DNA from: Eledone cirrhosa
Lineage: Eukaryota
DNA length: 64,000 bases
Assembly (NCBI GenBank): GCA_964016885.1
Contig: OZ024752.1
Span: forward strand, 44,268,001-44,332,000
Direction: 5' to 3'
The notes under the pieces are model-generated. The model was not told the origin of the DNA. It was given only the letters and a program-made list of their open reading frames with translations, and did no database searches. The translations under genes were made by a program, and so were the position numbers. Positions 62,401 to 64,000 of the stretch are shown piece by piece. Position 1 is the stretch's first letter. Each line of letters opens with the position of its first letter.

Positions 62401-63089
62401 TAATTTATTAGAGTTTTATAATACCAGACCTGATGTTTTCTGGAATAGACTTACATAATAGTTATTAATTATAGTTTTGATGTAAAACAATTTATATTTG
62501 GTTTTGTATCGTTGAGTTCTACTACTACTAAAGTTCTTTTTCATATTTTCCAATACACAAATATCAGGTCTTGGCATGCTACGGGGACTCATGAAGCCTG
62601 TGTTCCCATATCTGTCAGATTATGTACATGAGAGATATATCTCCTCTTTGAAGTTTCCTCTGTTACATGGAACATTCCGTATAAATCAAGTACATATTTT
62701 GAGATAAACTGGGGTGTGTAAAATATAGTATCCTCTCTAGAAATACAACAAAATACCATCAGAAAATATGAGCATATTTAGTTATTAGCTCTACAATTTT
62801 ACTTCCTTTTAAGGAAGTGACTTTGTTATATTTCAGGAAGATTCTGTCTCACTTGTTTTTATGTCATTAGTAATCTTAAGTTTTAACCCTACATATACTA
62901 TTATATTAAATATACTCCAATGGTCTCTCTTTTAATTTAGTTGGTACACTACGTCGAGCTTCTCGTGGTTTATGGGACAGTGTTATGTTTCATACAGTGA
63001 TAAAGAGTCGAGGAAGGATACCAGCCAGTGATGGTTTCATTGCTCGGAGGGTTGCCGGTCCTGGGCTTGCATCCAATTACTTTTTTCAA
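25916..63089 (+). CDS. Spliced gene, 23 coding exons visible (2424 nt, 808 codons, 3'-incomplete); large uncharacterised membrane-associated protein
   Basis: Hand-assembled exons, each flanked by AG and GT, with phases joining into one stop-free frame: MDESGLIYG...[17 protein letters not shown]...[40 protein letters not shown]...[22 protein letters not shown]...[25 protein letters not shown]. No stop is reached. From memory it resembles a conserved invertebrate family of unknown function (Drosophila LD36006p-like); unverified, so no symbol is given. Confidence 0.93.
26925..27047 (+). mobile_element. SINE family A copy (5'-truncated)
   Basis: B box + core + short tail. Confidence 0.85.
29686..29925 (-). 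mobile_element. (TA)n-flanked insert of about 240 bp, probable Penelope-like terminal-repeat remnant
   Basis: Bounded by (TA)n on both sides and contains a hammerhead-like core on the minus strand. Confidence 0.5.
29718..29804 (-). ncRNA. Candidate minimal type I hammerhead ribozyme (possibly decayed)
   Basis: Minus strand: tttaggttttaacgt-CUGAGGA-stem II-GAAA-U-AUAU-G-UA-acagattttaaataaacctaaa. Confidence 0.5.
30203..30425 (+). mobile_element. CR1 3' end fragment
   Basis: gttagctgtcgggacattgcatc...gatgagttgtagtgcac...attattatt. Confidence 0.8.
30432..30560 (+). mobile_element. SINE family A copy (5'-truncated), abutting a CR1 tail
   Basis: B box + core + short tail. Confidence 0.85.
31385..31640. 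repeat. (TA)n-spaced minisatellite
   Basis: tacacttctacacaccttataatatatacatatata repeated. Confidence 0.85.
31865..32223 (+). mobile_element. Short retroposon sharing the RTE 3' UTR and (GAT)n tail, inserted in (TA)n
   Basis: ggttggtgttaggaagggcatccagctgtagaaa...cccatgctagcgtggaagaacggacgtaaaacggtgatgatgat, as at 24805-24956. Other pieces at about 6785, 10450(-), 11335(-), 27855, 36820, 37050, 45135, 50367(-), 55976 and 63170(-). Confidence 0.8.
32441..32668 (+). mobile_element. piggyBac-type MITE (about 220 bp), best copy of a multicopy family
   Basis: TTAA|CCCTTTAGCATT ... AATGTTAAAGGG|TTAA: terminal inverted repeats plus TTAA target duplication. Confidence 0.85.
32991..33068 (+). CDS. 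Coding exon 2 ([26 protein letters not shown])
   Basis: atttcag| ... |gtatgt; phase 0-0. Confidence 0.9.
33410..33590 (+). mobile_element. RTE LINE fragment (post-RT region)
   Basis: Degenerate TYGHESW followed by [28 protein letters not shown]. Confidence 0.7.
33693..33815 (+). CDS. Coding exon 3 ([17 protein letters not shown]...NKEQP)
   Basis: aatttag| ... |gtaaga; phase 0-0. Confidence 0.9.
34480..34790 (-). mobile_element. 3' remnant of a CRE-like (restriction-like endonuclease) non-LTR retrotransposon
   Basis: [16 protein letters not shown]...IG...EP then, frameshifted, WLLQRV-LAI; resembles the FxPxAxET-G and QRxSxAxxRGNA motifs. 3' region shared with 40636-40806. Confidence 0.65.
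35003..35130 (+). CDS. Coding exon 4 ([19 protein letters not shown]...CIWDNG)
   Basis: gttttaag| ... |gtaagt; phase 0-2. Confidence 0.9.
35325..35411. mobile_element. Mariner-like mini-MITE / fold-back
   Basis: About 35-bp inverted arms: tattggatcgtcaagtatgaaattt... / ...aaatttcatacttgacgacccaata. Confidence 0.65.
36497..37406. mobile_element. pogo/Tigger-type non-autonomous DNA transposon
   Basis: TA|CAGTGAAATTCCGTTATAACAAA ... TTTGTTATAACGGAATTTTACCTG|TA; contains nested (GAT)n-tailed fragments and (TA)n. Confidence 0.75.
37482..37680. repeat. 15-bp minisatellite abutting the exon 5 acceptor
   Basis: tttgtgatttattga repeated about 13 times. Confidence 0.95.
37683..37788 (+). CDS. Coding exon 5 ([22 protein letters not shown]...ETLLD)
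   Basis: attttag| ... |gtaagt; phase 2-0. Confidence 0.9.
38266..38383 (+). CDS. Coding exon 6 ([17 protein letters not shown]...GLWKIF)
   Basis: ttgtag| ... |gtaaga; phase 0-1. Confidence 0.9.
38681..38778 (+). CDS. Coding exon 7 ([10 protein letters not shown]...[12 protein letters not shown])
   Basis: atttcag| ... |gtttgt; phase 1-0. This donor keeps exon 8 in frame; the earlier GT after 38750 does not. Confidence 0.85.
39036..39116 (+). CDS. Coding exon 8 ([27 protein letters not shown])
   Basis: ttgacag| ... |gtagat; phase 0-0. Confidence 0.87.
39217..39422 (+). mobile_element. piggyBac-type MITE copy
   Basis: ttaa|ccctttagca ... atgttaaaggt|ttaa. Confidence 0.8.
39938..40158. repeat. 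24-bp minisatellite
   Basis: tgtctggtatattccaatatatat repeated about 9 times. Confidence 0.95.
40207..40291 (+). CDS. Coding exon 9 ([28 protein letters not shown])
   Basis: ctttacag| ... |gtaatt; phase 0-1. Confidence 0.9.
40333..40525. mobile_element. Tc1/mariner-type MITE
   Basis: TA|CAGGCTGTATCAAAAAGA ... TCTTTTTGATACAGCCTG|TA: perfect 18-bp TIR with TA duplication. Confidence 0.85.
40636..40806 (-). mobile_element. Second CRE-like 3' remnant
   Basis: Similar to 34480-34650 (gccataaatgagagg...ctctacacctaggtc...ggccagctacacc). Confidence 0.6.
41057..41158 (+). CDS. Coding exon 10 ([21 protein letters not shown]...RELK)
   Basis: atttcag| ... |gtaagt; phase 1-1; lies within ORF 40990..41190. 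Confidence 0.9.
41292..41469. repeat. Long imperfect inverted repeat (about 80-bp arms) in intron 10
   Basis: ctaaagaaattttagcctgatag...aagaaatggaaa / tttccatttctt...ctatcaggctaaaatttctttag. Confidence 0.88.
41536..41567 (+). CDS. Coding exon 11, 32-nt micro-exon ([11 protein letters not shown])
   Basis: ttttgtag| ... |gtaatt; phase 1-0; required to bring exon 12 into frame. Confidence 0.88.
41804..41897 (+). CDS. Coding exon 12 ([19 protein letters not shown]...QHGI)
   Basis: ttaacag| ... |gtatga; phase 0-1. Confidence 0.9.
42056..42147 (+). CDS. Coding exon 13 ([18 protein letters not shown]...HKEK)
   Basis: tgtacag| ... |gtataa; phase 1-0. Confidence 0.9.
42422..42502 (+). CDS. Coding exon 14 ([27 protein letters not shown])
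   Basis: cttcag| ... |gtaaga; phase 0-0. Confidence 0.9.
42618..42737 (+). CDS. Coding exon 15 ([13 protein letters not shown]...[12 protein letters not shown])
   Basis: attttag| ... |gtaaat; phase 0-0. Confidence 0.88.
43405..43590 (+). CDS. Coding exon 16 ([21 protein letters not shown]...IWFPQHWLV...GKKE)
   Basis: ttttcag| ... |gtaaaa; phase 0-0. Confidence 0.9.
43666..43803 (+). mobile_element. piggyBac-type MITE, left part only
   Basis: ttaa|ccctttagcatttaaac...ctcaaaataaataac. Confidence 0.75.
44325..44465 (+). mobile_element. SINE family A copy (diverged)
   Basis: gagttcaaatcctgctgaggtcaactttacc... Confidence 0.75.
44522..44647 (+). CDS. Coding exon 17 (IDTYTVDK...[25 protein letters not shown])
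   Basis: tttacag| ... |gtaatt; phase 0-0. Confidence 0.92.
45460..45549 (+). CDS. Coding exon 18 ([30 protein letters not shown])
   Basis: ctttcag| ... |gtaagt; phase 0-0. Confidence 0.92.
45582..45757 (+). mobile_element. SINE family A copy
   Basis: Near full length; begins about 30 nt after the exon 18 donor. Confidence 0.85.
45760..45976 (-). mobile_element. piggyBac-type MITE copy
   Basis: Reverse-orientation, essentially full length. Confidence 0.8.
46200..46314 (+). CDS. Coding exon 19 ([18 protein letters not shown]...FEAAPHT)
   Basis: ttttcag| ... |gtaaca; phase 0-1. Confidence 0.92.
46622..46778 (+). CDS. Coding exon 20 ([36 protein letters not shown]...APFW)
   Basis: ttttcag| ... 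|gtaagt; phase 1-2; long hydrophobic segment. Confidence 0.92.
46813..47252. repeat. 49-bp minisatellite, 9 near-identical copies
   Basis: tgacccctttcagggtcgtctgacattgtagaaagtgaggtaggagact. Confidence 0.95.
47290..48400. repeat. 46-bp AT-rich minisatellite, about 20 copies, with a SINE near its end
   Basis: taataataatatatcgtagctagttaattattatttatacacttgt. Confidence 0.95.
48217..48320 (-). mobile_element. SINE family A copy inserted in the 46-bp minisatellite
   Basis: Reverse core + tail; a second reverse copy lies at about 48495-48606. Confidence 0.85.
48783..48847 (+). CDS. Coding exon 21 ([21 protein letters not shown])
   Basis: poly-T then cttcaag| ... |gtaagt; phase 2-1. Confidence 0.9.
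49550..49830. repeat. (ACC)n-rich cryptic simple repeat
   Basis: accaccacc blocks; source of spurious Thr-, His- and Val-rich ORFs. Confidence 0.85.
50925..51215 (+). mobile_element. Shorter copy of the same CR1 3' end
   Basis: Close match to 63715-63960, with (ATT)n tail. Confidence 0.85.
51430..51590 (-). mobile_element. RTE LINE C-terminal fragment (related to 24325-24606)
   Basis: Minus strand translates [28 protein letters not shown]. Confidence 0.7.
52770..52875 (+). mobile_element. SINE family A, 3' half
   Basis: tacggagtcgataaaataaagtaccag...ttgctggccttgtgcctaaagtagaaac. Confidence 0.75.
53573..53757 (-). mobile_element. Full-length tRNA-derived SINE (family A)
   Basis: Minus strand: ggcggtggatTGGCAGTATCAGT (A-box-like) ... 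GAGTTCAAATCC (B box), core gactttgcctttcatccttacggggtcgataaaataaagtacc, tail ttgctggccttgtgcctaaagtagaaac. Confidence 0.88.
53787..54066. repeat. 40-bp G-rich minisatellite, 7 copies
   Basis: tattgtggggtggtgatagggtgtcttgtaggtgtaacta. Confidence 0.95.
54067..54270 (+). mobile_element. CRE-like RLE retrotransposon 3' remnant
   Basis: [35 protein letters not shown] (RGNA terminal motif). Confidence 0.65.
54592..54812. repeat. 27-bp minisatellite, about 8 copies
   Basis: cttttacttaaatggtcgctttctctt. Confidence 0.95.
54931..55260. repeat. Compound (TG)/(TATG) microsatellite
   Basis: Direct reading. Confidence 0.9.
55784..55880. repeat. Near-perfect palindrome (about 47-bp stem)
   Basis: aaatggcttctacaggactagaactgtttcattcgaaggaaattatc-cct-gatgatttccttcaaatgaaacagttctagtcctgtagaagccattt. 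Confidence 0.9.
56089..59360 (-). mobile_element. Near full-length RTE-clade LINE (single APE-endonuclease + RT ORF), inactivated
   Basis: ORF pieces 58714-59196, 57490-58713, 56316-57599 and 56089-56283 join into one ORF of about 1020 codons from the ATG at 59157. APE motifs: TLNVRT, AIQEH, LGDFNA, QIDFIL, SDH. RT motifs: [41 protein letters not shown]-terminus: LRLAGH...GRRRPR. Lesions: in-frame TGA at 58714-58716 and frameshifts at about 57595 and 56320. (TA)n on both flanks. Confidence 0.95.
60275..60360 (+). mobile_element. Short CRE-like remnant
   Basis: EP-EVGWLLQ-V-LAIV; similar to the reverse complement of 34605-34670. Confidence 0.5.
61013..61150 (+). CDS. Coding exon 22 ([27 protein letters not shown]...AFFCLL)
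   Basis: ttttcag| ... |gtaagt; phase 1-1; follows a 12.2-kb intron. Confidence 0.9.
61360..61712. repeat. Compound (CA)/(CACT) microsatellite
   Basis: Direct reading. Confidence 0.9.
62941..63089 (+). CDS. Coding exon 23 ([18 protein letters not shown]...[25 protein letters not shown]); gene continues beyond window
   Basis: aatttag| ... |gtaagt; phase 1-0; GC-richer than flanks. Confidence 0.9.
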
Positions 63090-63457
63090 GTAAGTATTAA
63101 GTTTTATTTTCACTGTCTTACATAGTCTGTTGAGATTGGGATTGTTGTTATTGTTTAGTCTAAGGTCAGCTTGGTTGCTACAGCTGGATACCCTTCCTAA
63201 CGCCATCTACATTTACAGGGTGGACTGGGTGCTTCTTATCGTGTCACCAAAACGATCACTTTACAGGGTGGACTGGGTGCTGGTTCAGACGTTTACTTTC
63301 TATCAATGAGGTTCAGTGTTCAATCCCACTATTCCACAATGTGCCACCTTCAGTAAATATATTCCACCTTAACCGAGGTTTCATAAATTCCTTCTCTGTG
63401 AAAGATAGACCGATGTCTTGTGATGTTTGTTGTCGTGTCTTGATATATATTGACATT

Positions 63458-63960
63458 ACATTGACCGCCTGGAAACTGTTCAGAGACGTGCAACCAAGCG
63501 AATACCCTCCATCAGGCATCTACCATACTCTGAGCGCCTTGCTTCCCTGGGCATGGATTCATTGAAGCTCCGACGCCTGGCAACTGACTTGGTAAACACC
63601 CACAAAATTGTTAACCATGTTGCCAACAACAACCCTGAGTGCCTTTTCGATTTCCATGTGTCTAACACACGTGGACATGCCCACAAAGTAAGAAAACAGC
63701 ACAGTTCCCATGACTTTCGGAAACATTTTTTCACGCTCAGAGTTGCTGAAGCATGGAACAAACTACCTGCATCAGTTGTTAGCTGTCGAGACACTGCATC
63801 CTTTAAGGCCTCCATGCTTCCCGAGATCCGCTAACACTACAGCTAACACATACAAATATGTACTTCCCTGGCATTTGTGTATTATTCTATGTACTATATT
63901 GACGAGTTGTAGTGCACCTGAGCACTTTACACAATAATTTCATTATTATTATTATTATTA
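63458..63960 (+). mobile_element. 5'-truncated CR1-clade LINE 3' end with (ATT)n tail
   Basis: IDRLETVQRRATKRIP...YSERLASLG..SLKLRR...TRGH...[14 protein letters not shown], typical of the CR1 C-terminus; stop at 63834; 3' UTR ends in attattatt. Confidence 0.9.
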
Positions 63961-64000
63961 TAGAGTGAATCAGTGTTGTTCACAAGATGATGGTGATAAT

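Overview
AT-rich animal genomic DNA, dense in microsatellites, SINEs, LINE fragments and MITEs. The repeat types suggest a coleoid cephalopod, probably an octopus; this is inference, not verified. The main feature, almost invisible in the ORF track, is a + strand spliced gene. I reconstructed 23 coding exons by hand (25916-63089). All introns are GT-AG and the phases join into one stop-free frame of 808 codons that continues past the window end. The product is a large protein with no function I can assign: a helical/coiled-coil N-terminal part, a Trp-rich motif and long Pro-kinked hydrophobic segments. Intron 21 holds a near full-length but inactivated RTE-clade LINE (56089-~59360, - strand) inserted in a (TA)n minisatellite. 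Other elements include a Charlie/Buster-type hAT transposase fossil, CR1 and CRE-like 3' fragments, a TTAA-flanked piggyBac-type MITE family, Tc1/mariner and pogo MITEs, tRNA-derived SINEs and many minisatellites. The best second-look items are a minimal type I hammerhead-ribozyme-like fold in a (TA)n-flanked insert at about 29.7 kb, a second hammerhead-like core inside a long palindrome at about 55.8 kb, and inverted repeat pairs bracketing exons (candidate ADAR or circRNA substrates). I found no convincing coding exon in 1-25.9 kb. There is no CRISPR array and no supportable tRNA or rRNA gene.
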